Below are positions 10,334 to 20,747 of a stretch of DNA of 64,000 bases, one piece after another. Made by a program: the position numbers and the translations under genes. This DNA comes from Paludibacteraceae bacterium (GTDB taxonomy: Bacteria > Bacteroidota > Bacteroidia > Bacteroidales > Paludibacteraceae). Location: assembly GCA_017551675.1 (NCBI GenBank), contig JAFZLC010000047.1:18576-82575 (forward strand). Reading direction: 5' to 3'. The first letter of the stretch is position 1; every line of letters starts with the position of its first letter. Below the pieces are notes generated by a model. That model was not told the DNA's origin, searched no databases, and was given only the letters and a program-made list of their open reading frames with translations.

Positions 10334-10900
10334 TCACTCTTTTAAATCCCACCAAGGATCCAATATCTTCTTAACGTATTCTCTCAACTTCTTTTTCTTC
10401 TTCATAGAGATGAAATCGTTTATCATCTTCTTTAATTCTTTATTACTTGAAAGTAACTTCTCATTCTTTTTGTATAAATCGATTTGTGCTTCAATGCCCG
10501 CAATTGCACAATCAATTGCTATCTCATTTTTATCTTTATCTAAGTGTTGAAGCGCATATTTCGACCATCCACCTATATAGGAAATAATCATCTCATTATC
10601 ACCTTTGTCAATATACATAAGTCCTGCCTCGAGTGTAATGAGGACATGTGAACATCCAGATGCCCATGAAAGCATGAATCTTTTTGCCTCAACACGTTTC
10701 AACTCATCTGTCCCTATAGGTGTGTTTTGCAACCAATCATGACATTTTATAATATCATCGTTGTATTTTACATATCGTCCTTCTGGATCCCCTGGTTGCA
10801 CTCCTTCAAACGAATAAGCTGGCACGTTCCATTCTTGAGCTTTAGCCATAAAGCAAACCGACCAAAGCAAAGCCATAAATAATAAACATTTCTTACTCAT
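10334..10900 (-). CDS. secreted hypothetical protein, tandem paralog B
   Basis: 188 aa. Signal peptide MSKKCLLFMALLWSVCFMAKAQ. About 75% identical overall to the upstream paralog; the first roughly 43 residues are identical. Confidence 0.6.
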   Translation of the reverse strand: MSKKCLLFMALLWSVCFMAKAQEWNVPAYSFEGVQPGDPEGRYVKYNDDIIKCHDWLQNTPIGTDELKRVEAKRFMLSWASGCSHVLITLEAGLMYIDKGDNEMIISYIGGWSKYALQHLDKDKNEIAIDCAIAGIEAQIDLYKKNEKLLSSNKELKKMINDFISMKKKKKLREYVKKILDPWWDLKE

Positions 10901-10918
10901 AAATCTGTCGTTTTAGCT

Positions 10919-11500
10919 TTATTCTTTCGTTACTTTTTCCTTCTTTTTGGTACTACCATCTATAGCCGACTTAACATAATCTCTCAACTTGTTTTTCTTC
11001 TTCATAGAGATAAAATTGTTAATCTTTTTCTTTAGTTCCTTGTTACTTGAAAATGTCTTTTCATTCTTCTTATATAAATCGATTTCTGCTTCAATTCCAG
11101 CGATTGCAGCATCAACTGCTATCTCATCTTTATCTCTATCTAAATGTTGAAGTGCATATTTCGACCATCCTCCTATAAAAGATACAAGCAACTCATTTTC
11201 ACTTCTATCTGCATACATGAGATCTGAATGAATAACTATCGTGACTTGAGTACATCCAAATGACCATTTCAACAAAAAACGCTTAGCCTCTATACGTTTC
11301 ATCTCATCTGTCCCAATTGGTGTGTTTTGCAACCAATCATGGCATTTTATAATATCATCGTTAAACTTTGCATATCTTCCTTCTGGATCCCCTGGTTGCA
11401 CTCCTTCAAACGAATAAGCTGGCACGTTCCATTCTTGAGCTTTGGCCATAAAACATACTGACCATAACAAAGCCATAAATAATAAACATTTCTTACTCAT
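10919..11500 (-). CDS. secreted hypothetical protein, tandem paralog A
   Basis: 193 aa. Same signal peptide and the same conserved CHDWLQNTPIGTDE and GGWSKYALQHLD blocks as paralog B. Confidence 0.6.
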   Translation of the reverse strand: MSKKCLLFMALLWSVCFMAKAQEWNVPAYSFEGVQPGDPEGRYAKFNDDIIKCHDWLQNTPIGTDEMKRIEAKRFLLKWSFGCTQVTIVIHSDLMYADRSENELLVSFIGGWSKYALQHLDRDKDEIAVDAAIAGIEAEIDLYKKNEKTFSSNKELKKKINNFISMKKKNKLRDYVKSAIDGSTKKKEKVTKE

Positions 11501-11542
11501 AAATCTGTCGTTTTTAATTATACATTTTGTTGTTTCTATTCA

Positions 11543-12337
11543 TCACACAGCAACTTGTCCCGCAATATGTGGATGCGGATCATAGCCCTCCAATGTGAAA
11601 TCCTCATACTCAAATGAGAATATATCTTTTTTCTCTGGATTAATCTTCATGATAGGCAACTTCCTTGGGTCACGCGTCAATTGCAGTTTCACCTGATCCA
11701 AGTGATTTTTATAAATATGAGCATCACCCAACGTATGAACAAAATCACCTGCTTTCAATCCTGTAGCCTGCGCCACCATCATCAACAACAGAGCATACGA
11801 TGCAATGTTGAATGGCACACCTAAAAAGATGTCGGCACTGCGCTGATACAATTGCAGACTCAACCTTCCGTTTGCCACATAGAATTGGAACAATGTGTGA
11901 CATGGAGGTAACGCCATTTTATCCACCTCGGCCACATTCCATGCAGAAACAATCAGTCGACGAGAGTCTGGATTGTTTTTAATCATATTCACAACATTGC
12001 TGATTTGATCTATTGTGCCTCCCTTATAATCCGGCCACGAACGCCATTGATGTCCATACACGGGACCTAACTCTCCATTCTCATCCGCCCACTCATTCCA
12101 TATACGCACACCATGATCTTGCAAATACTTCACATTCGTATCTCCCTGCAAAAACCATAACAACTCATAGATGATAGACTTCAAATGCAACTTCTTTGTC
12201 GTTAGCAATGGAAAACCATCCTCTAAATTAAATCGCATCTGATGTCCAAACACACTAATTGTTCCCGTTCCTGTTCGATCTTCCTTGGCTGATCCTTCAG
12301 TCAGAACTCTGTTCAATAAATCCAAATATTGTTTCAT
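11543..12337 (-). CDS. thyA: thymidylate synthase
   Basis: 264 aa. MKQYLDLL…DRTGTGT…, the active-site region (…PPCH…), and end-to-end ThyA colinearity. Confidence 0.95.
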   Translation of the reverse strand: MKQYLDLLNRVLTEGSAKEDRTGTGTISVFGHQMRFNLEDGFPLLTTKKLHLKSIIYELLWFLQGDTNVKYLQDHGVRIWNEWADENGELGPVYGHQWRSWPDYKGGTIDQISNVVNMIKNNPDSRRLIVSAWNVAEVDKMALPPCHTLFQFYVANGRLSLQLYQRSADIFLGVPFNIASYALLLMMVAQATGLKAGDFVHTLGDAHIYKNHLDQVKLQLTRDPRKLPIMKINPEKKDIFSFEYEDFTLEGYDPHPHIAGQVAV

Positions 12338-12424
12338 TTACGCTATTCTATTTTTCATCTAATAATGCAAATATACAAACGGACATCCACATTTTTACAA
12401 ATATCTTCTTTTCTTTTTTCACAT

Positions 12425-13660
12425 TTACTTCACCACGCTTCTCACCTCGCCATCCGATACGACTGTTCGTAATTCAGATCCCTTTTTCACTTGCGAGACA
12501 CTTCGCAACACCTTTCCATCGACCGTCGTGATGGAATAACCTCTTCGAAGAATAGCCTCTGGCGAGATATGCAACAGTGTGTTCTCCATCAACTCCACAT
12601 GATGTATCTGCCGACTCAACCTCTCTTGGAATGCATGTCGAAGCTGACTGCCCAACAGTGTGAGCGACTGCTCTTCCACCATAATCCTATGAGAACAATC
12701 CCGCACCACACATGCAGACAATTCATTAAGACGAACCTTCTCTCCATCTAAAATAGAACTGATTCCCATCTTTATATTCTCTTCCAAATCCAACAGATGG
12801 GTCTCCTCCATCAACATCTTCTCATAGATAAAGGCTGCCACTGCAGTAGGTGTCTTACACCTCGTATGAGCCACCATATCAACCACCGACTCATCTCTCT
12901 CATGGCCAATTCCCGTAAGAATCGGCAACGGAAACTGAGCGACCACATAGGCTAAATCATATTCGTCGAAAGCTAAAAGGTCGGTCGTCGCTCCTCCTCC
13001 TCGTATAATCACCACCACATCGTATTGATCCTTCTGCTCGAACACACGATCAAGTGCCTCAATGATACTCTCTGCCGCATGTTCCCCCTGCATCGTTGCA
13101 GGAAATAGCTGAAAGGAAAATTGGAAACCTCTGTCATTACTTTGCAACTGATGACAAAAATCGCCAAAACCAGCAGCAGAAGCAGAAGATATGACCGCAA
13201 TTCTTTTTATCAGAAATGGCATCTCAACCTGTTTGTTCATCTCCCATACACCATCCTCCTTCAACTGTTGGATCGTCTCCTGCTTTTTGCGTGCCATATC
13301 CCCAATCGTGAAAGTGGGATCGATATTCAATATAACACATGAAAGTCCGTATAGTTCATGAAACGTGACCGACACCTCTGCCAAAACCTTCATTCCTGTT
13401 CGCAACGACTGTCCCGTCTGTTGCTCAAAATAAGGTTTCAGAAAACGGTAGGTATTCGCCCATATAGCCGCACGAACTTTGGCTTCGATCAACTTTTTAT
13501 CATTCTTCTCCACCAACTCAAGGTAACAATGTCCTCGGGTGATGTCCTCATGAAAGTCACTTATATCAGCACAAATCCAATAGGTAGTGTCAAAAGAGGA
13601 AGTAATCACATCCTTCACTTTGACCAGTAGTTCTTTTAACGAAATGAACTCTTTTTGCAT
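12425..13660 (-). CDS. xseA: exodeoxyribonuclease VII large subunit
   Basis: 411 aa. N-terminal OB-fold plus the central catalytic region typical of XseA. No xseB follows it. Confidence 0.8.
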   Translation of the reverse strand: MQKEFISLKELLVKVKDVITSSFDTTYWICADISDFHEDITRGHCYLELVEKNDKKLIEAKVRAAIWANTYRFLKPYFEQQTGQSLRTGMKVLAEVSVTFHELYGLSCVILNIDPTFTIGDMARKKQETIQQLKEDGVWEMNKQVEMPFLIKRIAVISSASAAGFGDFCHQLQSNDRGFQFSFQLFPATMQGEHAAESIIEALDRVFEQKDQYDVVVIIRGGGATTDLLAFDEYDLAYVVAQFPLPILTGIGHERDESVVDMVAHTRCKTPTAVAAFIYEKMLMEETHLLDLEENIKMGISSILDGEKVRLNELSACVVRDCSHRIMVEEQSLTLLGSQLRHAFQERLSRQIHHVELMENTLLHISPEAILRRGYSITTVDGKVLRSVSQVKKGSELRTVVSDGEVRSVVK

Positions 13661-13978
13661 ATTACGTTTTTTAGGTATATTGATCTTCTCCCTTAAAAAA
13701 TGAATTTATAAACCCACATTTAAGAAAGTTTCACGACAAAGGTAAACTTTATTGACGAGAAATTTAATTTGTACACTTAATTGTTTTATTTTTGCGATAG
13801 GTGATAAAAGGTAACTGTCATTTTATATTTACATGAAAACGATGAAGTGAAGAATAAGTGTGGTGTGAAAATTAATGATGATTTAAAACTAAAATGGTGC
13901 TGATAATGCCGGTTTGCCAACCTTCACCCTTTATGGTGTATAATCAAGAGAATAAAATCTCTCTAATACTTAAAGAAT

Positions 13979-14626
13979 ATGAAACGACTAATTTTCGGAC
14001 TATTATGTGTATTTTCTGCCCTTAGCGTAAATGCACAAGATTATAAATTTAAAGTAGACAAAGATGGAAACTGTGAAATCACAGACACGATGACCATCAA
14101 TGTAACCAAATCAGACTGCTATCGTATAGTGAAAGAGTGGCTCTACACCATCAGTTGTGTCAGCCTATCATTCTCTAATGAGAAGAAGGATGAGTCAATG
14201 ACGTTCAACAACGTATTTTACACTCAAAAAAGATACAACTCATTCTCTGGTACCTATTCAGACAATCTTTCCATTGATTGTGATGTAACAATTGAAAATG
14301 GCAGATTGATTTATCATGTATATAACATTACCCTGATTAAGGCATATTCTGGCTATGGAGCCTCAACATTAAAATATCCTGTAGCAGAACGAATCTATAA
14401 GATTAACATGGCTAAAAAGGAGATCAGCCGACTCTCTGCGGATAAGTCCATTTCTAAATCAGATAGAAGAGCGGCTATCGAAGAGCAGGAAGCCATTTTG
14501 GACGATGCTGAGGTGTTGGCCAAATGTTATGACGTCTTGATGGAAAGATTCTCTAACCTTCAAAAAATGGTTCAGTGGACCAATCAAGACAGAGATGAAG
14601 ATAACGAAGAAGTTCCTTTCCCATAA
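13979..14626 (+). CDS. secreted hypothetical protein
   Basis: 215 aa with signal peptide MKRLIFGLLCVFSALSVNAQ. No recognisable catalytic motif. The C-terminal region is predicted coiled-coil and acidic. Confidence 0.5.
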   Translation: MKRLIFGLLCVFSALSVNAQDYKFKVDKDGNCEITDTMTINVTKSDCYRIVKEWLYTISCVSLSFSNEKKDESMTFNNVFYTQKRYNSFSGTYSDNLSIDCDVTIENGRLIYHVYNITLIKAYSGYGASTLKYPVAERIYKINMAKKEISRLSADKSISKSDRRAAIEEQEAILDDAEVLAKCYDVLMERFSNLQKMVQWTNQDRDEDNEEVPFP

Positions 14627-14736
14627 GGGACTTCTTTTTTTAAGGTGGGTTTATTATTCACCATAATACTCAGACATGATTATGTGTCTATATGTTCAAC
14701 TTTAAACTGGGGAATCAAGGATGATTCCTATGTAAA

Positions 14737-15720
14737 ATGAAAAAAAGAATAGCGATTGTAGCTGGTGGAGACCAATCAGAATTGGCCGTTTCATTGCGTA
14801 GTGCAGAAGGATTATACTCATTTATCGACAAAGATAAATACGATTTATACATCGTTACCATTGTAGGAAAAGATTGGCAAGTTGAAGAGAATGGGGTGAA
14901 ATATCCCATCGACAAAAATGACTTTACCTTTACCAATTCGAAAGGAGAAAAGAAAGGTTTCGACTTTGCCTACATCACCATCCACGGTGTTCCTGGTGAA
15001 GATGGTAAACTACAAGGCTATTTCGACCTCATCCGTATGCCTTACTCATGCTGCGGAGTGTTAGCTGCCGCACTTACATTCAACAAATTTTTCTGTAACC
15101 GATACCTCCACGCATTTGGTGTGCCTATCGCCAAATCTGTTCTGCTTGATAAAGGAGAACCTGTTAATGGGCAATCTATCGTAGAGGAGTTGGGACTACC
15201 TATCTTCGTCAAACCTAATGGAGGTGGAAGTAGTTACGGAACATCCAAAGTGAAGGATGTCTCAGAGATTCAGAAAGCTGTAGATGCTGCCCTTGTGGAG
15301 AGCAACCAAGTGATCATCGAATCATTCATGAAGGGAACGGAAATCACCTGCGGTGTCTATAAGACCAAAGAGAAGAGTGTCGTATTCCCTATCACAGAGG
15401 TGGTAAGCAAAAATGAATTCTTCGACACAGATGCTAAATACAATGGCTCGGTAGAGGAGATTACACCAGCCCGCTTGTCCGACAAAGTTACAAAAGAGGT
15501 GCAAGCTTTGACCTCTAAGATTTATGATATCCTCGGTGCAAAAGGTATCATCCGCGTAGATTACATCATCACAGCAGGTGACCAAATCAATTTGTTGGAA
15601 GTGAACACAACACCAGGAATGACTGCAACAAGCTTCATTCCACAACAGGTGCGCGCTGCCGGACTTGACATCAAAGATGTGATGACAGATATTATTGAAA
15701 ACGAATTAAACTCCAAATAA
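14737..15720 (+). CDS. ddl: D-alanine--D-alanine ligase
   Basis: 327 aa. ATP-grasp fold, N-terminal MKKRIAIVAGG, and the conserved …FVKPNGGGSSYG… motif. Confidence 0.9.
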   Translation: MKKRIAIVAGGDQSELAVSLRSAEGLYSFIDKDKYDLYIVTIVGKDWQVEENGVKYPIDKNDFTFTNSKGEKKGFDFAYITIHGVPGEDGKLQGYFDLIRMPYSCCGVLAAALTFNKFFCNRYLHAFGVPIAKSVLLDKGEPVNGQSIVEELGLPIFVKPNGGGSSYGTSKVKDVSEIQKAVDAALVESNQVIIESFMKGTEITCGVYKTKEKSVVFPITEVVSKNEFFDTDAKYNGSVEEITPARLSDKVTKEVQALTSKIYDILGAKGIIRVDYIITAGDQINLLEVNTTPGMTATSFIPQQVRAAGLDIKDVMTDIIENELNSK

Positions 15721-15743
15721 ACTGAACGAAGCAATCTAGGAGA

Positions 15744-15785
15744 AAAGCCAAATCGAGGGGTCTCGGTTTGGCTTTATATTTATGG
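15744..15785 (+). terminator. rho-independent terminator after ddl
   Basis: AAAGCCAAA-tcgaggggtctcgg-TTTGGCTTT followed by ATATTT. Confidence 0.5.
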
Positions 15786-15955
15786 TACATACACCATCAA
15801 TCTCGTTGATAGGCAGTACTATATTAAATCCGAATTATTGAATAATTACTATATCTAAATGTTTTTTCCCCTGTCTTGAGCAATTGTGATTTTTTTGACG
15901 GAATAGTGAATTAATCGAAATGAAGGGCAAAAATAGTAACCGATCAAATGTACAA

Positions 15956-17422
15956 TTATCCAAAATACTCCGTCCTACTAGCATCCAAACGAAGGAAGAT
16001 AAACAACAGGATGGTAAATCCCCACAGAGAAGAGCCTCCATAACTGAAGAACGGTAACGGAATACCAATAACCGGCGTCAAACCTATAACCATACCTATG
16101 TTGACCGCCACATGAAAGAATATAATCGAGGCGACACAATAACCATATATCCGACTGAAAAGGGATCGCTGTCGTTCCGCTAAGAATACCAATCTCAACA
16201 TAAGAACCAAAAACAGTATCATCACAACAAAACTGCCAACAAAACCATGCTCCTCTCCCACTGTACAGAAAATAAAGTCGGTATCCTGCTCTGGCACATA
16301 TTTCAACTTCGTCTGTGTACCATTTAAGAATCCTTTTCCTGAAACGCCACCCGAACCAATTGCGATCTTGGACTGATTCACATTATAACCCGCCTTCTGC
16401 GGATCATTCTCCATACCAAGTGTTACTCGTATACGTGACTGCTGATGCGGCTTTAGTTTGTCAAATGCCATATCAGACATACTTGAAATACCTACAGATA
16501 CAATGGCAAACAATCCAATCCAAAGATATGTATACAACCGTTTTTGGAAAGCGATAACAATCAGATAGATGAATTTAAGTGCGATAATTCCATACCCAAC
16601 ATAGGTGAATCGGAAATTCAAATGGAAAATCTTGTATATCAAATAGGCAAGAAACAAGACAATCACATCAAACAACACCATGGTCATGGTAACTTTTCGA
16701 TCTTTCTGAAAGACTAACAAAAAACCATTCTGAACAGCCAATGTTATTAGAATCACCAAAAACAAACCATACGACTCATCTGGGAAAGCAGCAAGGATAG
16801 GCACGTCGCCAAATCGAATCGAGACAACGAATATCACCGCAAGGAAGAACAGAAGTATCAGAAAGATTCCTGGAAGTCCCTCCCGATACAACACCAATAG
16901 CAATGAAGCATAAACCAAGGCAGAGCCCGTCTCATTCTGCAACAAAATCAACATCATCGGAAACAGAATAAAACAGAAGACCTTTACGAAATCACTAAGT
17001 CGAGTGACTTTAAAACCTGTCGCACTCATGACCCTAGCCACTGCAAGACAAGTTGCTGTTTTGGCAAATTCCGCCGGTTGTAGGCTGACGGGACCTAAGA
17101 CCAACCACGATCGAGATCCCTTTATCTCAGGGGCCACAAATATTGTAATCAGCAGCAGTAACATGAGTGCCGCATAAATCTCGTAGGCAAACAAATTATA
17201 GAGTCGACTATCCAACATCAATAGCGTAAAGGCAATCGCAATAGAGAATCCTATCCATACCAACTGTTTTCCATAACGGTAGGAGAAATCCCAAAAGGAG
17301 GCATCCTCGAAATGATATACCGCACCATAGATGCAAAACCATCCCGCAATCACCATTAGCAGATATATAGTGACTGTCACCCAATCTATATTTTTAACTA
17401 TGTTAATTTGTCTCGCTGGCAT
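15956..17422 (-). CDS. rodA: SEDS-family peptidoglycan polymerase RodA (FtsW/RodA/SpoVE)
   Basis: 488 aa polytopic membrane protein. Its start overlaps the end of the PBP2 gene by 20 bp, placing it in the mre/mrd cluster. Confidence 0.85.
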   Translation of the reverse strand: MPARQINIVKNIDWVTVTIYLLMVIAGWFCIYGAVYHFEDASFWDFSYRYGKQLVWIGFSIAIAFTLLMLDSRLYNLFAYEIYAALMLLLLITIFVAPEIKGSRSWLVLGPVSLQPAEFAKTATCLAVARVMSATGFKVTRLSDFVKVFCFILFPMMLILLQNETGSALVYASLLLVLYREGLPGIFLILLFFLAVIFVVSIRFGDVPILAAFPDESYGLFLVILITLAVQNGFLLVFQKDRKVTMTMVLFDVIVLFLAYLIYKIFHLNFRFTYVGYGIIALKFIYLIVIAFQKRLYTYLWIGLFAIVSVGISSMSDMAFDKLKPHQQSRIRVTLGMENDPQKAGYNVNQSKIAIGSGGVSGKGFLNGTQTKLKYVPEQDTDFIFCTVGEEHGFVGSFVVMILFLVLMLRLVFLAERQRSLFSRIYGYCVASIIFFHVAVNIGMVIGLTPVIGIPLPFFSYGGSSLWGFTILLFIFLRLDASRTEYFG

Positions 17423-19256
17423 GTTTCTTCGGTAATAAATTTGCTTTTAAGATACGATCCTCCATCCATTGACGTCTCCGAGGAATGTATCCCTTCAAAT
17501 ATTTCTCCATCATCAACGTAGCGATTGGGGCAGCCCATGTCGCACCAAAACCACTATTCTCCACCACAACGCAGATGGCAATCTTCGGATTGTTCTTCGG
17601 AGCAAAAGCCATAAACAAAGAGTGGTCTTCTCCATGTGGGTTCTGTGCCGTACCCGTCTTACCACAAACAGCGATACTATCAATACGAGAGGCATATCCA
17701 GTACCCGAACTCATCACCAATTCCATTCCATCAATTACTGGTAAGAAATAGATGCTGTCGATCGTAGAAACCTTTTTTGTCCTATAAAGCGAATCCAACT
17801 GCTGCCCCTCAATATCCTTCACCAAATGAGGTACATAATAATAACCTCGGTTGGCAATTATGGCTGCTAAGTTAGCAATCTGCAAAGGGGTCGCCAAGAT
17901 TTCACCTTGTCCGATGGAGTTGGAGACAATCATCAATGACTTCCATCTGTTTTCGCCATAAATCTGATCGTAATATTTTGAATTCGGTATGAATCCACGT
18001 TTTTCGTTCGGCACATCAGCACCCAGCTTATAACCGAATCCCAACGACACCACATGTTGTTTCCAAACCTCAAATGAGTTGGAGATACCCTTGTATTTCG
18101 GATGATCCATCATCGCACGGAACCCTGCGCAATAATAGGCGTTACATGAATGTTGTACCGACTGCACCAAGTTCAACGGAGAGAAGTGAGCATGACAACC
18201 CACCGTGAAACTACCGACATGGTAACCACTATGACATGGGAATGCCGTATATTCCCGAATGATCTTCTCTTGTTGTAAAATCAAAGCATTAGCTGTTTTG
18301 AATGTAGATCCAGGAGGGTAACATGCCATCATCGGACGATCATACAAAGGTAACAAAGGATCGTTCAACAACTTAGAATAATTCATGGAACGTTTTCGAC
18401 CCACTAACAACGACGGGTCGTAGGTCGGACTTGATACCAATGCCAATATCTCACCTGTGGATGGATCGATTGCAGCGATACTTCCCACCTTGTTCTGCAT
18501 CAGTTTTTCTCCATAAGCTTGTAGGGCAATATCAATGGAAAGCGTCAAATCATTACCTGGCTTTGATGCCACATCATAATCTCCGTTCTCATATCGGCCC
18601 TGCACGCGACCATGAGCATCACGCAAGAAGATTTCCATACCCTTCTCTCCTCTAAGGTACTTCTCGTATGTTTGCTCAATACCGTTCTGACCAGCATAAT
18701 CACCCTGAACATAAAAATCAGGATCCGCATCAATCATCTTTTTGTTCACCTCTCCGATGGAACCTAACAACAAGGCGGCATTATGATAATTATAGTCGCG
18801 CAAGGTTCTCTTTTGCAATGAAATACCTGGGAAACGGAAGAGTTGTTCTTGCAAGATACCGTAATCCTCTGCCGACAACTGAGTCATAAATGGTTGAGGA
18901 GTATAAGGAGAATAACCCTTGCGACGACGCATTTCCTTCGTTCGTTCAATAAAATTCAACGGAGTGATATTCAATAATTGACAGAAAGTAGTGGTGTCGA
19001 AATCCTTCATTTCGCGCACTACCATCATCACATCATAAGCAGGTTTATTAAATACAAGGATTTCACCATTACGATCCTTTATCAATCCCCTCGCAGGGAA
19101 TTCAATCTTTTTCAAGAAGGCATTACTATCCGCTTTGTCTTGGTAAGTGTCATCTAATATTTGTAAGTCAAACAGACGAATAACATAGATAAGGACAACT
19201 AAAATCATTAGTCCCCCGATTACTAATCTTCTATTACCATATACGTCATTTAACAT
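17403..19256 (-). CDS. mrdA: penicillin-binding protein 2 (elongasome transpeptidase)
   Basis: 617 aa. N-terminal transmembrane segment, the transpeptidase STFK motif (PPGSTFK) and the KTGT motif (CGKTGTA). Confidence 0.9.
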   Translation of the reverse strand: MLNDVYGNRRLVIGGLMILVVLIYVIRLFDLQILDDTYQDKADSNAFLKKIEFPARGLIKDRNGEILVFNKPAYDVMMVVREMKDFDTTTFCQLLNITPLNFIERTKEMRRRKGYSPYTPQPFMTQLSAEDYGILQEQLFRFPGISLQKRTLRDYNYHNAALLLGSIGEVNKKMIDADPDFYVQGDYAGQNGIEQTYEKYLRGEKGMEIFLRDAHGRVQGRYENGDYDVASKPGNDLTLSIDIALQAYGEKLMQNKVGSIAAIDPSTGEILALVSSPTYDPSLLVGRKRSMNYSKLLNDPLLPLYDRPMMACYPPGSTFKTANALILQQEKIIREYTAFPCHSGYHVGSFTVGCHAHFSPLNLVQSVQHSCNAYYCAGFRAMMDHPKYKGISNSFEVWKQHVVSLGFGYKLGADVPNEKRGFIPNSKYYDQIYGENRWKSLMIVSNSIGQGEILATPLQIANLAAIIANRGYYYVPHLVKDIEGQQLDSLYRTKKVSTIDSIYFLPVIDGMELVMSSGTGYASRIDSIAVCGKTGTAQNPHGEDHSLFMAFAPKNNPKIAICVVVENSGFGATWAAPIATLMMEKYLKGYIPRRRQWMEDRILKANLLPKKHASETN

Positions 19257-19264
19257 TTCATCAA

Positions 19265-19765
19265 CTAACGTTTATATTTTAGTTTTTCAATAATATAGAT
19301 GAATAAAATGGTGAAAATGGCACAACATATTGCCTTCAATAGTGTTTGGAAAAAGCCTGTGAAAGTGAAAGCTTCTGCAAAGAAATAAGCCAACTGATGA
19401 ATAAACACCAAGATGATGGTATATTGAAGGAATTCTTTCATACCAAAAGTTCGGAAGGAAGGTGTTACTGTCTCATAATCCTCACGCGGACCGAATACCT
19501 TTTGGAAATGAGGTTTCAGATAAGCCAACAAAGTAGTAGCGAAAGCATGACAACCGATTGAGCCACAGAAGATATCAACCATAAGTCCAAGGCAGAAACC
19601 TAATAAGAGGGTTATATCCTTGTTGACAGACGAAGGCAGAATAAGAATGAAATAGATGTACAGATAAGGATTTATGAAACCTAAGAACAAAATATTATTG
19701 AGGATCAACACCTGTAATAGGAGTAACCCGATAAACAACAATCCATATTTCAACGCGCCATTCAT
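19265..19765 (-). CDS. mreD: rod shape-determining protein MreD
   Basis: 166-aa multi-transmembrane protein. Its start overlaps the mreC stop (ATGA). Confidence 0.7.
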   Translation of the reverse strand: MNGALKYGLLFIGLLLLQVLILNNILFLGFINPYLYIYFILILPSSVNKDITLLLGFCLGLMVDIFCGSIGCHAFATTLLAYLKPHFQKVFGPREDYETVTPSFRTFGMKEFLQYTIILVFIHQLAYFFAEAFTFTGFFQTLLKAICCAIFTILFIYIIEKLKYKR

Positions 19766-20604
19766 TTTGAATCCTCTTTTCTTTCTAATTGTTCCAACTC
19801 ATCCTTATGACGGAATTCAATCACGTCTACATACTTGATGTTACTAAAGTCGACCGATAGCTTCACATCAATCAAATAAAAATCATTGTTCAACCGTTCA
19901 ATCTCAGTAATCGTTCCAATCATAACATCTTCAGGGAAGACTGCTGTGTTAGCACTTGACTTAACGGTGTCACCAAGTTCAACAGGAATATATTGAGGGA
20001 CCTCTTTTAACTTTGCATAACGTACATCATGTCCCGTCCACAAAACAGTTCCCACATTACTTTTTCCAGCAATTTTCGCATTGATTCTGGCTCTTGAATT
20101 AAGGATAGGTATTACAACAGAAAAGTGACACGACACGTCGCATACAATTCCGACCACACCCTTTTCATTAATCACACCCATACCCTTTTGGATACCATCG
20201 CATTCACCTTTATCGATGGTAAGGTAGTTGTTTTTCATGTTTGTAAATGAATGAACAACGCGAGCGGTGCGAAAGATGAAATGTTTATCCTCTGCAAAAT
20301 CATTTCTTTTGACATAGGATGTATCATATCGCATACGATCCAACTGAAAGTTCAACTTCTCATTTTGGAATTTTAGTTCAGCATTCTCTTCCACCAATGC
20401 CTGATTAACGGAAGACAAAGAAAGGTAGTTGGAGACTTTACTTGTAAGGTTGTAAAGAGAGCCGACCACAATATTACTTGAACTTAAGAAATGAACACGC
20501 TGAAATTGGTTATAATTAACAATCATAACCAAAGACAAGATTTCCAAAAATAGGAAGAAGAAAAGAGTCTTGTATTTCAGTAAAAAACGTATGAGAGACC
20601 TCAT
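19762..20604 (-). CDS. mreC: rod shape-determining protein MreC
   Basis: 280 aa. N-terminal transmembrane segment and coiled-coil, then the MreC beta-domain. Lies between mreB and mreD. Confidence 0.8.
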   Translation of the reverse strand: MRSLIRFLLKYKTLFFFLFLEILSLVMIVNYNQFQRVHFLSSSNIVVGSLYNLTSKVSNYLSLSSVNQALVEENAELKFQNEKLNFQLDRMRYDTSYVKRNDFAEDKHFIFRTARVVHSFTNMKNNYLTIDKGECDGIQKGMGVINEKGVVGIVCDVSCHFSVVIPILNSRARINAKIAGKSNVGTVLWTGHDVRYAKLKEVPQYIPVELGDTVKSSANTAVFPEDVMIGTITEIERLNNDFYLIDVKLSVDFSNIKYVDVIEFRHKDELEQLERKEDSK

Positions 20605-20697
20605 CTATTATTCAGAAACAAAAAAGAAAAAAAAACCACAAAGCATCTGACGAATGTAGGTACTCTGTGGCTTATGTTATCTGGATATGTAACTTTA

Positions 20698-20747
20698 TCT
20701 TCTCAAGAACGAGAATTTATCCTCTTCTCAAGAACGAGAATTTATCC
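20698..20747. repeat. perfect 25-bp tandem duplication (x2) overlapping the mreB stop codon
   Basis: TCTTCTCAAGAACGAGAATTTATCC appears twice in direct tandem. Each unit contains the inverted repeat TTCTC…GAGAA. On the coding strand the second copy supplies GGA-TAA, giving the tail …FSFLRRG*. Confidence 0.8.

Larger units (their letters stand above)
10334..11517 (-). repeat. tandem gene duplication of about 585 bp per unit
   Basis: The 5' roughly 190 bp of each copy, including about 17 bp of leader (…TCATAAATCTGTCGTTTT), are nearly identical at the DNA level. The 3' halves have diverged. Confidence 0.7.

Noticed and set aside
19762-19765. Overlaps mreC/mreD (4 bp) and mrdA/rodA (20 bp) considered as frameshifts or pseudogenes
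   Set aside because: These are typical translational-coupling overlaps within the conserved mreBCD-mrdA-rodA operon. All five ORFs are full length.
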